64,000 nucleotides of DNA from an uncultured Clostridia bacterium (GCA_944381205.1 CALWKG010000001.1:20-64019); one strand, 5' to 3'; shown: positions 1 through 10,230, numbered from the stretch's first letter. A program made the numbers and translations. The notes: generated by a model not told the origin, from the letters alone.

Positions 1-1
1 A

Positions 2-1276
2 GTGTATGTCAAAGGTTGGTATACTGCCACCTTTGAAGCAACGATATTTAATGCAGACCATAGTGTAGCAAAAAATGATCACGGGGTAATTTGTAGAAGT
101 TATATCTATGATAGTACCCCAGTAACGTATGGCAGTACAAGTTACTTAATTACAAACTACAATTACAACGATGGTGTAGATGATAGCCAAGCCACTTCTC
201 CTGATGTTACTCAAACTACTATGATGCTGTGGGCAAGTAATTTAACAAAAGAGTGGGAAAATTCGGAACTATCTGAAAAATATAAGACCGCCACAGGTGT
301 ACAAGGAGAAAATTATACTGCATACATTTATAATCTACTATATTTAGTAAAATACGCGGATAATAACTCTCAGGAAAAAGTTGGGTATGGAAATAGTTAT
401 ACATTTATTCCGTACAACGACGCAATAATTGAAAATTTTATTAATGCTAATGGAATTCCGATTACCACAAAAGAAGATGCCTTTTTTGCGTCAAAAGGCG
501 GTGGAACCATTGGTGTGTATAACAGCAATAGCGCAAATACCGCAGAATATATTTTAAATACGGAAAGTGGCGGGGAATACGAAGGAGATTACATATTAAG
601 TCCAAGTGGTTATGATGCCGCAGGTATGAATTATGGTTATACATATAGGGATTATGTAGATAATGGTAAGCACGGGCTATATGCGACGCAATTTTTGGTA
701 TACACCAACGAAGATACAAATAATAGATATTTACTAGACGGCTACGTAGGTAGTGATAAGTACACGTCAGTATTTTGCTTAGGACAAGCAAACCCTTGGG
801 GGAACGTATGGACTTGGATATTTGGGGTGGCAGTTGCAAGTGATAGTGTAGATTTGTGGGCATATATAAATTACGAAGACTATGACTATACTACACAAAA
901 CTGGATTACAGATAGTGTAGATGGAGGCCCAAACGGAAGCATAAATTTTGATAGATTAGAAGATGCAAATTATACAAGGCTAAGTTATGCGTTACCTGGC
1001 GAGAATGGTAATTATAATTATCTAGGAACAAGCAGTATAACGTCAGAAACAGGTATAGAAAGTCTAATTGGTATGCCTACAAAGGAAAGTGGTAAAAACA
1101 GTGGTTTAGCAGATTATTGCTGGGCATTTAATTCCGACAGCGAGTTTTTTGGCTGTATGCGTAGTGGTACCGTCGGTGATATGACAAATTCCGGTGTGTT
1201 TTGTTGCGGTTTTGATGAGACCTTTACTGCTAGTGAGGCAATTTTTGGCTTTCGTACTATGCTTATTTCTACATAG
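2..1276 (+). CDS. hypothetical protein, N-terminus cut by the window edge; C-terminal FGE/SUMF1-like (C-type-lectin-fold) motifs, tail-fibre- or surface-protein-like
   Basis: The frame is open from the window edge to the TAG at 1274-1276. The motifs NPWGNVWTW and the C-terminal IFGFRTM resemble the GNVWEW...GFR signature of formylglycine-generating-enzyme-type domains. The sequence is rich in Y/N/G/T/D. I recognise no other family. Confidence 0.5.
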   Translation: MYVKGWYTATFEATIFNADHSVAKNDHGVICRSYIYDSTPVTYGSTSYLITNYNYNDGVDDSQATSPDVTQTTMMLWASNLTKEWENSELSEKYKTATGVQGENYTAYIYNLLYLVKYADNNSQEKVGYGNSYTFIPYNDAIIENFINANGIPITTKEDAFFASKGGGTIGVYNSNSANTAEYILNTESGGEYEGDYILSPSGYDAAGMNYGYTYRDYVDNGKHGLYATQFLVYTNEDTNNRYLLDGYVGSDKYTSVFCLGQANPWGNVWTWIFGVAVASDSVDLWAYINYEDYDYTTQNWITDSVDGGPNGSINFDRLEDANYTRLSYALPGENGNYNYLGTSSITSETGIESLIGMPTKESGKNSGLADYCWAFNSDSEFFGCMRSGTVGDMTNSGVFCCGFDETFTASEAIFGFRTMLIST

Positions 1277-1367
1277 CGATAATATATGGCACGTCATTTT
1301 TTAGTATAAAAAAAACTTAAAAATATATAAATAACAGTACTCGCAAAAGTCTGTTAATTTTTTGGAG

Positions 1368-1658
1368 CCCTGTACGTCATATTGAGTCTGCTTACTTGAT
1401 GGGCTGACGAAATATCCCCTAAGTCGCTCAGTCACGACCTTTTTGGTGCAATTCACATTTTTGCAAATGTGAAAAGTGCACCGTTTTCGGTCGGACATCG
1501 CTTCTCACCGCCAAACGAAAATTTTGTTTGACAATGTCAAAAAAAATTTGCGGTGACTTTTCTAAGCGGTTGTTATGAGTAAAGCAATGTGGTTATTGTA
1601 AAGGTTACACGTCTTCGAGATAGGGGATTCTTCACTTCGTTCAGAATGACGTAAAGGG
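1368..1658. repeat. imperfect long-range inverted repeat flanking a GC-richer non-coding core
   Basis: CCCTGTACGTCATATTGA (1368-1385) matches the reverse complement of TCAGAATGACGTAAAGGG (1641-1658) at 15/18 positions. A second block, TCCCCTAAGTCG (1415-1426), matches the reverse complement of CGAGATAGGGGA (1616-1627) at 10/12. The arms differ by an indel. Confidence 0.4.
1445..1490 (+). terminator. strong hairpin followed by GTTTT; candidate intrinsic terminator or structured RNA element
   Basis: GGTGCA-a-TTCACATTT / loop TTGC / AAATGTGAA-aag-TGCACC gives 6+9 bp with a small internal loop over 1445-1482, followed by GTTTTCGG. It lies about 170 nt after the stop of the upstream ORF. Confidence 0.35.
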
Positions 1659-1694
1659 TGTAATATTTTGTAGATATTTGTCATAAACATAAAT

Positions 1695-2387
1695 GTGGAT
1701 TGTGATAAAATAGAGTCAGAATATGTTTTATCAAAGTTTAAAATAAGAAAAAAAAGACACAACAAAAAGAAACTTTTTGTAATTTTATTTACGGTACTTT
1801 TTTGTGTTGTTTTAATATTTATGTATTTTAACAACATAGTAAACCCATTAATTTTAAGTTACGGAGAAGCACAGGTTAGGGAACTTTTGCTTGTTTCTAG
1901 CAACAATGCCATAAGGGACATAAATGATGTATCCTATCAAGATTTAATTACAATTAATTACGATAGTGATAATAAGTCGGTGACGTCAATTTATTGCAAT
2001 AGTTTTTCTATTAACAAACTTAGTAATAATATTGCCTTAACCAATCAACAAATTTTAAACGACAATGCTTTAATAGGGATAAATATACCAATAGGAACGT
2101 TAAGCGGGATATCCTTTTTTATAGGCAAGGGGAGTGATATTAACTTTATAGTTGAGCCAAAAGGCAGGGTAAAGTGCGATTTTTTTACCACCTTTACCAG
2201 TGCTGGCATTAACCAAACTTCGCACAAGATATTTGTTAGGGTGCAAAGCGAAGCATCGCTTATTTTGCCATTTACGTCAAAGGTAATAACGCATAGTGTA
2301 GATTATTTGGTTTCCGAATTTTTAATTGTGGGTGAAGTCCCGTCTGTGTACTTTAACACTACTAATTTATCAGACCTTTATAAATAG
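1695..2387 (+). CDS. yunB: sporulation protein YunB
   Basis: A basic N-terminus and a single TM (LFVILFTVLFCVVLIFMYF) are followed by a YunB-like core (IPIGTLSG...GKGSDINF...FTSAGINQTSHKIFVRV). GTG 1695 is the only canonical in-frame start ahead of the TM. I see no clear SD. Confidence 0.7.
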   Translation: MDCDKIESEYVLSKFKIRKKRHNKKKLFVILFTVLFCVVLIFMYFNNIVNPLILSYGEAQVRELLLVSSNNAIRDINDVSYQDLITINYDSDNKSVTSIYCNSFSINKLSNNIALTNQQILNDNALIGINIPIGTLSGISFFIGKGSDINFIVEPKGRVKCDFFTTFTSAGINQTSHKIFVRVQSEASLILPFTSKVITHSVDYLVSEFLIVGEVPSVYFNTTNLSDLYK

Positions 2388-2415
2388 TTGACAAATTTTA
2401 TTTGTTTGGTATAAT
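2388..2415 (+). promoter_or_regulatory. sigma-A type promoter for the pheST leader
   Basis: TTGACA at 2388-2393, a 16-nt spacer, and TATAAT at 2410-2415. Confidence 0.6.
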
Positions 2416-2424
2416 TTTTTTGTT

Positions 2425-2690
2425 CTAAAAAATAAAAGGCGATGATGAAAGACCAGTAGTCTTAGAGAATTTTTTATTCGCTTCTAATACAGAGAGAACT
2501 TATAAATGCTGAGATAAAGTTCATTAGATGAAATAAGGCGAATTCACTTTCTAGCCCTTTCCTTGAAAGTTTTTAGTAGGGGAAGGCGGGGTTGCCCGTT
2601 ATAGCAAAAATAAGGACTTGGATTTTTCTAGGTTAAATTTAGGTGGTACAGCGGTTTTTCGCCCTAAGGTAAAACTTTGGGCTTTTTTTA
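2425..2690 (+). promoter_or_regulatory. T-box riboswitch leader, Phe-specific (UUC candidates at 2543-2545 and 2549-2551)
   Basis: An AGAGA-type stem I element is present. The conserved T-box sequence AAATTTAGGTGGTACAGCGG sits at about 2635-2654. A terminator (GCCCTAAGG...CTTTGGGC plus a T-run) follows at 2661-2689. The leader lies directly upstream of pheS. Confidence 0.85.
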
Positions 2691-2728
2691 TTTTTTAGGG
2701 CAAAAACTTATAAAAGGATATTATTTTT

Positions 2729-3754
2729 ATGGTAGAACTTGACGAAATTTTTAAAAAAGCAAAAGCAGAGTTAAACTCTATAAAAGACACCGCAGAACTT
2801 AACAATTTTTATCAGCAGTATCTTGGCAAAACGGGGATCATAACTCAAAGTTTAAGGAATATGAAGGATTTGCCTAACGAAGACAAAAAAACTTTTGGAA
2901 TGAAGTTAAATTCGGTTAAAAATGAATTATTTATATTAATAAAAAACAAGGAAAAATCTTTTGAAATTGAAAAAATAGAGCAAAAAATAAGCAAAACAAA
3001 AGATATAGACCTTACAACACCTTGTCAAGAAAAACGGGGAAGTTTGCACCCAATAACAATTTTGCAAAATAGACTAATAGACATATTTTTAAGTATGGGC
3101 TTTACTGTTGAAGACGGCAACGAAATAGAAACCGAATATAATAACTTTGAGGCGGTAAACATACCTAAAAATCACCCTGCACGTGATATGCAGGACACTT
3201 TTTATTTAGAAAATGGTCAGGTTTTAAAGACTCACACATCTGCTGCGCAAAACAGAATTATGCGTAAATATGGCGCTCCATTAAAAGCGATTTTTCCGGG
3301 AAGGTGTTTTAGAAATGAAGAATTGGACGCGAGTCACGAAAACACATTTTTCCAGATAGAAGGTATGATGATAGACAAAGACGTTTCGGTTGCAAACCTA
3401 ATTTATTTTATGGAAGAAATGCTTAAAAATGTTTTTCAAAAGGAGATAAAAGTTCGTCTAAGACCGGGATTTTTCCCGTTTGTTGAGCCGGGATTTGAAC
3501 TTGATATTTCTTGCCCTTATTGCGATGGTAGGGGGTGTAGGGTTTGCAAACACGGTGGGTGGATTGAACTTTGCCCGTGCGGAATGATTCACCCAGAAGT
3601 CTTAAAAATGGGCGGAATTGACCCAGAAGAATACCAAGGCTTTGCGTTTGGGTTGGGTTTTTCTAGGTTGGCTATGATGACATACGACATAACAGAGATT
3701 AGGTTGTTAAACAGCGGAAATATAAAGGCTTTGTCGCAAGCAAAAATTAAGTAG
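2729..3754 (+). CDS. pheS: phenylalanine--tRNA ligase alpha subunit
   Basis: 341 aa with class II aaRS motifs (FPGRCFRNE, GFAFGLGFSRLAMM) and a Cys cluster (CPYCDGRGCRVCKHGGW). It sits downstream of a T-box and upstream of pheT. Confidence 0.95.
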   Translation: MVELDEIFKKAKAELNSIKDTAELNNFYQQYLGKTGIITQSLRNMKDLPNEDKKTFGMKLNSVKNELFILIKNKEKSFEIEKIEQKISKTKDIDLTTPCQEKRGSLHPITILQNRLIDIFLSMGFTVEDGNEIETEYNNFEAVNIPKNHPARDMQDTFYLENGQVLKTHTSAAQNRIMRKYGAPLKAIFPGRCFRNEELDASHENTFFQIEGMMIDKDVSVANLIYFMEEMLKNVFQKEIKVRLRPGFFPFVEPGFELDISCPYCDGRGCRVCKHGGWIELCPCGMIHPEVLKMGGIDPEEYQGFAFGLGFSRLAMMTYDITEIRLLNSGNIKALSQAKIK

Positions 3755-3767
3755 TGGGGAGAAAAAT

Positions 3768-6137
3768 ATGAGAGTTTCGATTAATTGGATAAAAGATTTT
3801 GTAGATTTAAGCGGGGTAAACATTGACGATTTAATTTATAAATTTACAATGGGTGTTGCCGAAGTAGAAGGTGTTGAATATAAGGGTAAAGACATTAGTA
3901 ATGTTGTAGTGGGGCAGATTTTGAGTGTGGAAAACGTTCCAAACAGCAAAAAGTTACATTTACTTAAAGTGGATACAAAAGACGAAATTTTGCAGATTGT
4001 TTGTGGGGCACCTAATGTTAGGGTAGGACTTAAAACTCCACTTGCAAAAATAGGTGCAAAATTGGGCGATGTTACCATTGGTAAAGCAACCCTTGCGGGT
4101 GTAGAAAGTTTTGGTATGTGTTGTGGCGGGGACGAAATTGGGATTTCTGACGACCATAGCGGGATTGTAGAACTAGATGACGATGCAGAAGTGGGTAAAG
4201 ACATAAAGCAGGTTCTTGATATAGAAGACATTGTCTTTGAAATTGACAATAAGTCTTTAACTAACAGGCCCGACCTTTGGGGTCATTATGGAATTGCAAG
4301 AGAGATTGCTTCGCTTGTTAACAGACCGCTAAAATCTCTTGACTTAGAAGATGAGAGTTCTTTTAAAAATAAAAAAAATATAAATCTAGATGTAAAAAGT
4401 GATAGTTGTTATAGATATACAACCGCTTGTATGAGCAACATCACTAGAAAGAAATCTCCACTTAATATGCAGATAAGATTATATTATTGCGGTATGCGCG
4501 GTATTAATTTTTTGGCAGATATTACTAACTACATTATGTTAGAACTTGGTCAACCTATGCACGCTTTTGATGGTGATATTGTAAAGAAAATTGAAGTTTA
4601 TAATCTAAATAATGACTTAAAATTTAAAACTTTAGATAGTACAGAAAGGCTACTTAAAAAGGGCTGTATGGTAATTGCTACTAATGATGAGCCTGTTGCC
4701 ATCGCGGGGATAATGGGTGGTGAAAACAGTGAAATTACAGATAAAACCACAAGTGTTCTCATTGAGTCTGCAAATTTTGATTCGTACAAAGTTAGGACTA
4801 CTGCTATTTCTCTTGGGCTCAGAACCGAGGCAAGCGGTAGGTACGAAAAATCTCTTGACCCAGAACTTACCAAAATTGCACTTTTAAGATATGTAAAATT
4901 GGTTAAAAAATATGATATTGGGGCGGTTGTTTCGTCGAGTATTTGCGATGTGTATAATAAAAGATATCCAAAGTTAGAAATAGAAATTAGTAAGGATTTC
5001 ATAGATAAATATGTCGGAATTAGTATTTCGGAAGACACTATATTAAAAATTTTAACTAGTCTTGAATTTAAGTTGTTAGAAAACAAAAGCGGAAAGTATA
5101 AATTCGAAGTTCCGTCATTTAGGGCAACAAAGGATATTAATGGTAAGGCAGATTTAGTAGAAGAAGTAACTAGAATTTATGGCTATGACAATATCACTCC
5201 AAAATCTATAAGACAGATTATTAAACCTACTATTTTAGATAGAAATATTCAATTGGAATATGATATAAAGTATGCTTTGGCAGACAGGTTTAATTTAAAC
5301 GAAACCCATTCGTATCTTTGGTATGACGAGGCTTTTAATTCTAAAATACAAATTTCTCCAACTTGTTATATTAAATGTGTTAATTCATTGAGTAAAGAAA
5401 ATAGTCAAATTAGGAGCAGTATAATACCTTCCTTATTAAAAGTTATAGATGAAAATAAAACCTACTTTGATGACTTTGGCACTTTTGAAATTGGTAGGGT
5501 AGTAAAGGGGTTAAAAACTAATTCTCTTGCGGACGAAACTAAAAGTTTGGGCATCGTGCTATATTCCAAAACCAAAGAAAACACAAATCTTTTGTTTGAA
5601 GCAAAAACAATTTTAGATTATATCTTAGAGTATGTTGCTAATGTAAAATATAGTTTGAATTTAAAAACTCCAACTATTGACTACTATCACCAAAAAAATT
5701 ATTATACAATTTATTGTAATAAAAAGGAGATAGGCGACATTTTCATTCTTCACCCAAAACAAAGTGACGCAATAGAAGATAATTGTTCAATTGTTGGTTT
5801 GGAAATTAATTTTACAAGTTTAGTTGATATCCAACCTAGTAGTACAAAATTTGAAAAAATTAGCAAATTTCCTATAACAAAATTAGATTTTAACTTTATT
5901 ATTCCTAAGGGTAGTTTATATAAGGATATAATCACACTTGCAAATAGTTTAAAGAGTGAATTTAATTACAACGTGTCTTTACTTGATATTTACGAAAACG
6001 AAAATGGTTCTAAAAGTTATACTTTGCATTATGAATTAACGTCATTTGAAAGAAACATAACAAGTGATGATATAGATAAATTTCATTCTAATGTAATAAA
6101 TACTTTTAAGCAAAAAGGAATAGAACTTAAACTATAA
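3768..6137 (+). CDS. pheT: phenylalanine--tRNA ligase beta subunit
   Basis: 789 aa. The N-terminal tRNA-binding domain reads MRVSINWIKDFVDL...VVGQILSVE, followed by B3/4 and B5 regions. A good RBS (GGGGAG) precedes it, 13 nt after pheS. Confidence 0.95.
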   Translation: MRVSINWIKDFVDLSGVNIDDLIYKFTMGVAEVEGVEYKGKDISNVVVGQILSVENVPNSKKLHLLKVDTKDEILQIVCGAPNVRVGLKTPLAKIGAKLGDVTIGKATLAGVESFGMCCGGDEIGISDDHSGIVELDDDAEVGKDIKQVLDIEDIVFEIDNKSLTNRPDLWGHYGIAREIASLVNRPLKSLDLEDESSFKNKKNINLDVKSDSCYRYTTACMSNITRKKSPLNMQIRLYYCGMRGINFLADITNYIMLELGQPMHAFDGDIVKKIEVYNLNNDLKFKTLDSTERLLKKGCMVIATNDEPVAIAGIMGGENSEITDKTTSVLIESANFDSYKVRTTAISLGLRTEASGRYEKSLDPELTKIALLRYVKLVKKYDIGAVVSSSICDVYNKRYPKLEIEISKDFIDKYVGISISEDTILKILTSLEFKLLENKSGKYKFEVPSFRATKDINGKADLVEEVTRIYGYDNITPKSIRQIIKPTILDRNIQLEYDIKYALADRFNLNETHSYLWYDEAFNSKIQISPTCYIKCVNSLSKENSQIRSSIIPSLLKVIDENKTYFDDFGTFEIGRVVKGLKTNSLADETKSLGIVLYSKTKENTNLLFEAKTILDYILEYVANVKYSLNLKTPTIDYYHQKNYYTIYCNKKEIGDIFILHPKQSDAIEDNCSIVGLEINFTSLVDIQPSSTKFEKISKFPITKLDFNFIIPKGSLYKDIITLANSLKSEFNYNVSLLDIYENENGSKSYTLHYELTSFERNITSDDIDKFHSNVINTFKQKGIELKL

Positions 6138-6166
6138 TCTTATCTTTGCAAAAATGGGGGTAAAAT

Positions 6167-7294
6167 ATGATTTATTTTGATAATGCGGCTACGACTGAAC
6201 CATATAGTGAAGTGATAGAAAATTTTTATAAAAATTCAAAAGAGCAATATTTTAATGCCTCTGCCGGATATTTGCCGTCGTTTAATTTATTTAATAATTT
6301 GAATTCATTTAGAAAACAAATTATTAAATTGTTAAATGGAAATGAATCAGATAATATTATTTTTACGTCTGGCGCAACAGAATCAGACAATCTAGCAGTT
6401 TTTGGGTCTTGCTTTAATAAACAAAAAAAATATTTATTTTCTATTGGGGAACACCCGGCAGTTTATAATTGTGCTGTTAATTTAAGAGAACGAGGATATA
6501 ATGTTGAGTTTATAAATTTACAGAAAAACGGACAAATTGACTATGATGATTTGCAAAATAAGTGTGATAGTGACACTTGTTTTGTTTCCATTATGAGTGT
6601 TAACAACGAAACAGGGGCAATAAATGATTTAAAAAAAATTCGAAACATTTTGGACCAAAAGTCTCCCGATGCAGTCTTTCATGTTGATGCTGTTCAGTCC
6701 TTTTGCAAAATAAAACTTGATGTGACAAACTGCAAAATAAATTTATTGTCTGTATCTGCACATAAAATTCACGGACTAAAAGGTGTAGGGGCTTTATATA
6801 TATCAAAAGGCACTAAACTAAAAAACATAAATTATGGTGGTGAGCAAGAATTTGGTTTAAGGTCTGGGACAATAAATTATCCTGGGATTTCTTCTTTTAT
6901 GGAAGCAATAAAGGTATCTTCTTTAAATCAGTGTGAAAATTATAGAAAAGTTCTAGAATTAAAAAATTATCTTTTAAATAAATTAAAAAACGTAGGCAAA
7001 ACGGTTAAGGTTGTTTCAGATGAGAACTGCTCCCCATATATTATAAGTCTTATTTTTGAGGGTAATAGGGGAGAAACTATTATGCGTTATTTAGAATCAA
7101 GAAATATCTTGGTTGGCACTGGTTCTGCTTGTTCTACAAATAAGATAGGTAATCGTGTTTTGCATAGTATTGGGTATTCAAAAGGCGAGATTTTAGGTGC
7201 GATTAGGGTCAGTTTTTGTGCCAATAATACTAAAAACGAAATAGACATTTTTGTTGAAAATATTAAAAAATACTTTGAAGAAGTTAATACTTAA
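6167..7294 (+). CDS. iscS: cysteine desulfurase (class V aminotransferase, NifS/IscS/NifZ type)
   Basis: 375 aa with a PLP-lysine motif (SVSAHKIHG) and a catalytic Cys loop (GTGSACS). It is adjacent to thiI, as in other Firmicutes. Confidence 0.85.
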   Translation: MIYFDNAATTEPYSEVIENFYKNSKEQYFNASAGYLPSFNLFNNLNSFRKQIIKLLNGNESDNIIFTSGATESDNLAVFGSCFNKQKKYLFSIGEHPAVYNCAVNLRERGYNVEFINLQKNGQIDYDDLQNKCDSDTCFVSIMSVNNETGAINDLKKIRNILDQKSPDAVFHVDAVQSFCKIKLDVTNCKINLLSVSAHKIHGLKGVGALYISKGTKLKNINYGGEQEFGLRSGTINYPGISSFMEAIKVSSLNQCENYRKVLELKNYLLNKLKNVGKTVKVVSDENCSPYIISLIFEGNRGETIMRYLESRNILVGTGSACSTNKIGNRVLHSIGYSKGEILGAIRVSFCANNTKNEIDIFVENIKKYFEEVNT

Positions 7295-7304
7295 AAGGGA
7301 AAAT

Positions 7305-8465
7305 ATGAAAGAAGTTATTTTAATTAGATTTGGGGAAATTTTTTTAAAAGGTAAAAACTATATGTTTTTTGAAAATACCCTTTTTAAAAATATACAAAGA
7401 AGACTTAGGGGGGTTAACCTAAAACTAACTCGCACAGAAGGAAGGTTTATTGTTGAGAATTTTAATTTAGATGATAAGCAACAAATTATATCTTCTATTA
7501 AAAATATTTTTGGTGTTGTGTCTATAAGTGTCGCAAGGGAGATAGAGTCTAATATTAATGGAATAGTAGACGCAATAAAAAATATTAAGATTAATAATCA
7601 AACATTTAAAGTAGAAGTAAAAAGGGCTGACAAGAAATTTCCTGTAAAATCCCCAGAACTTGAAAGAAAACTAGGAGGAATAATTTTAGATAACAACAAA
7701 ACTTCCAAAGTTGATGTCCATAACCCACAGAAGGTTGTTTTTGTTGAAATTAGGCAAAATAAGAAGACCTATGTCTATTATGACAAAATAGAATGTTTAG
7801 GGGGTATGCCTGTTGGCACCGCAGGAGAAGGAATGTTGCTTTTAAGTGGTGGTATAGACAGCCCAGTTGCAGGTTTTATGATGGCAAAAAGGGGATTAAA
7901 AATTAGCGCAATACATTTTCATAGTTATCCATATACAAGCGAGCAAGCAAAACAAAAAGTAATTACACTAGCGAATATAATAAAAAATTATACCGGTGAT
8001 ATTAGGCTTTATATTGTGCCTTTCACCAAAATACAAGAAGAAATTCATAAAAATTGTGATGATGAATTTATGGTTACAATAGTTAGAAGATTTATGATGG
8101 AAATAGCAGATAAAGTAGCAAAAAGTAATAATTGTAATTCGCTTATAACTGGGGAGAATTTGGGGCAGGTGGCTAGTCAAACAGTAGAAGGAATAACATC
8201 TACTAACAAAATGGCACAAAATTTGGTTGTTTTTAGGCCACTTATCGCCTTTGATAAGGTAGAAATTGCTAGAATTGCAGAAAAAATAGGAACTTATGAA
8301 ACATCGATTTTGCCGTATGAAGATTGTTGTAGTGTGTTTTTACCAAAAAGACCATCTACTCACCCTAGTTTAGATAAAGTTAAAAAAAATGAAGAGCATC
8401 TAAATAGAGAATTTTTAATTAATGATGCGATAAATAACATTGAAATTTTAGATATAAAACTATGA
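7305..8465 (+). CDS. thiI: tRNA 4-thiouridine(8) synthase ThiI
   Basis: The start is reassigned to ATG 7305 (MKEVILIRFGEIFLKGKN), which has the RBS AAAAGGGA. The tracked ORF start at 7251 overlaps iscS. A THUMP domain and PP-loop (LLSGGIDSPVA) are present. There is no rhodanese domain. Confidence 0.9.
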   Translation: MKEVILIRFGEIFLKGKNYMFFENTLFKNIQRRLRGVNLKLTRTEGRFIVENFNLDDKQQIISSIKNIFGVVSISVAREIESNINGIVDAIKNIKINNQTFKVEVKRADKKFPVKSPELERKLGGIILDNNKTSKVDVHNPQKVVFVEIRQNKKTYVYYDKIECLGGMPVGTAGEGMLLLSGGIDSPVAGFMMAKRGLKISAIHFHSYPYTSEQAKQKVITLANIIKNYTGDIRLYIVPFTKIQEEIHKNCDDEFMVTIVRRFMMEIADKVAKSNNCNSLITGENLGQVASQTVEGITSTNKMAQNLVVFRPLIAFDKVEIARIAEKIGTYETSILPYEDCCSVFLPKRPSTHPSLDKVKKNEEHLNREFLINDAINNIEILDIKL

Positions 8466-8545
8466 AAATACAATTTTATTTTCATTTAAGATAAAATGAT
8501 TTAGTTTGTTTTTTCCTTTTTTAATAATTGTTAAAACTAATTTGG

Positions 8546-8574
8546 TTGACAAGTAAAAAGTATGTTGTTAAACT
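8546..8574 (+). promoter_or_regulatory. candidate sigma-A promoter for rny
   Basis: TTGACA at 8546-8551, a 17-nt spacer, and TAAACT at 8569-8574. Confidence 0.4.
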
Positions 8575-8662
8575 ATTTGTAGTCAAAAATATAAGTAATA
8601 TTAGTCTTTAATATAATTCTTATTGAATTTTGATAAATTAAAAAAAAGGAAGAGTAACTAGA

Positions 8663-10216
8663 ATGGTACATTTTGTGTGGATTTTAGTTGCTGGTGTTCT
8701 TTGCTTAGGAATTGGTGGTGGAGTAACATATTATTTAATTCAAAGAAAATCTTCTCAGTCAAGAAACAATGCAACTAAAATACTAGAAAATGCCTATGCC
8801 GAGGCTAAGACGGCAAAAAAAGAGGCCATATTAGAAGCAAAAGAAGAAATTCATACTTTAAAAGAAAAATGTGATGCTGAGATTGCAGAAAGATATAACG
8901 AAATATCTAAGTCTGAAAATAGACTACTTTTAAGGGAAGAATCTTTAACAAGAAAAGAGGAGGCACTTGATAAACGAGCAGAAAATTTAGATGATACTTT
9001 TTCGCAGGTAAAAGAAAAGGAACTAGCATTAGAACACTCACAGCAAGAGTTAAATAAAGCACAAGAAAAAATTATAACAGCACTTGAAAAAGTGTCTAAT
9101 ATGACAAAAGAAGAGGCAAAAAAACAATTAACAGATATGTTCGTTGAACAAGCAAAGCACGATTGCGCTAGCCTTGTTAGAAAAATGGAAGACGAAGCCG
9201 TGGAAAATGCTGAGAAAAAGGCGAGAGAAATTTTAACTCTTGCCGTTCAAAGGTGTGCAACAAATATTACCTCTGAGATTACAGTCACGGTAGTACCTTT
9301 ACCTAATGATGAGTTAAAGGGCAGAATTATAGGTAGAGAAGGTCGTAACATTAGAGCAATAGAAAATGCGACAGGAGTAGATTTGATTATTGATGACACT
9401 CCGGAAGCCGTAGTGCTTTCTGCTTTTGACCCATATAGAAGGGAAATTGCACGAGTGGCACTTGAAAAACTTATTATGGACGGAAGAATTCACCCTGCAA
9501 GAATAGAAGAAATTGTTGATAAAGCACAAAAAGACGTAGATGCAATGGTTAAAGAAGCAGGTGAAAATGCCGTATATGAGGCAGGTGTTATAGGACTTCA
9601 CCCTGAACTAGTAAAAATTCTTGGTAGATTAAAGTTTAGAACTAGTTATGGGCAAAATGTTTTAAAACATAGTTTGGAGGTTTGCCATTTAGCAGGATTA
9701 CTTGCAGAAGAACTTGGAGCAAATGTAAAAATAGCCAAACGTGGCGGTCTTTTACACGACATAGGTAAAGCATTAGACCATGAACAAGAAGGGACACATA
9801 TTTCTATTGGGGTTGACCTAGCAAAAAAATATAAAGAATCACCAGATGTTATTCATTGTATAGAAGCCCATCACGGTGATGTCGAATTTCATTCGCTAGA
9901 AGCGATAATAGTCCAAACAGCAGATGCTATTTCTAGTAGTAGACCTGGTGCTAGAAGGGAATTGTTAGATGCTTATATTAAAAGGCTTGAAAATCTAGAA
10001 AAAATCGCAAATGGTTTTAAAGGTGTAGATAAATCTTATGCGATTCAAGCGGGTAGGGAAATAAGAATTATCGTGAAACCGGACGAAATCGATGACAATG
10101 CAATGGTCTTCTTGGCAAAAGATATAGCACGAAAAATTGAAGCAGAGTTGCAATATCCAGGACAAATTAAGGTAAATGTAATCAGAGAAACAAGAGCGCA
10201 AGATGTCGCAAAATAA
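8663..10216 (+). CDS. rny: ribonuclease Y
   Basis: 517 aa with an N-terminal TM, a coiled coil, a KH domain ([15 protein letters not shown]) and an HD domain (LLHDIGKA...HH). Confidence 0.95.
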   Translation: MVHFVWILVAGVLCLGIGGGVTYYLIQRKSSQSRNNATKILENAYAEAKTAKKEAILEAKEEIHTLKEKCDAEIAERYNEISKSENRLLLREESLTRKEEALDKRAENLDDTFSQVKEKELALEHSQQELNKAQEKIITALEKVSNMTKEEAKKQLTDMFVEQAKHDCASLVRKMEDEAVENAEKKAREILTLAVQRCATNITSEITVTVVPLPNDELKGRIIGREGRNIRAIENATGVDLIIDDTPEAVVLSAFDPYRREIARVALEKLIMDGRIHPARIEEIVDKAQKDVDAMVKEAGENAVYEAGVIGLHPELVKILGRLKFRTSYGQNVLKHSLEVCHLAGLLAEELGANVKIAKRGGLLHDIGKALDHEQEGTHISIGVDLAKKYKESPDVIHCIEAHHGDVEFHSLEAIIVQTADAISSSRPGARRELLDAYIKRLENLEKIANGFKGVDKSYAIQAGREIRIIVKPDEIDDNAMVFLAKDIARKIEAELQYPGQIKVNVIRETRAQDVAK

Positions 10217-10230
10217 TAAACAATAAATAT

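Noticed and set aside
1662-1689. A sigma-E-like promoter (AATATT-N14-CATAAACA) lies in front of yunB.
   Set aside because: The match is good, but the -10 ends only 5 nt before the sole plausible start codon (GTG 1695). The transcript would begin at or inside the start codon. I cannot support it without 5'-end data.
1301-1837. Minus-strand ORFs of 65 and 91 aa lie in the structured non-coding block upstream of yunB.
   Set aside because: They have no RBS, they overlap the hairpin and inverted repeats, and the HSERSEESP stretch looks like a translated palindromic repeat. They are treated as non-coding.
3836-5086. Long minus-strand ORFs (137, 65 and 162 aa) lie inside pheT. Similar antisense ORFs lie inside ftsZ (23980-24369), sigE (25806-26192), spoIVA (33143-33601, 33959-34279), murA (44431-44775), the PadR-like gene (52669-53016) and pta (61410-62240).
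   Set aside because: All are embedded antisense to strongly supported conserved genes. They have S/L/I/F-rich shadow composition and no RBS.
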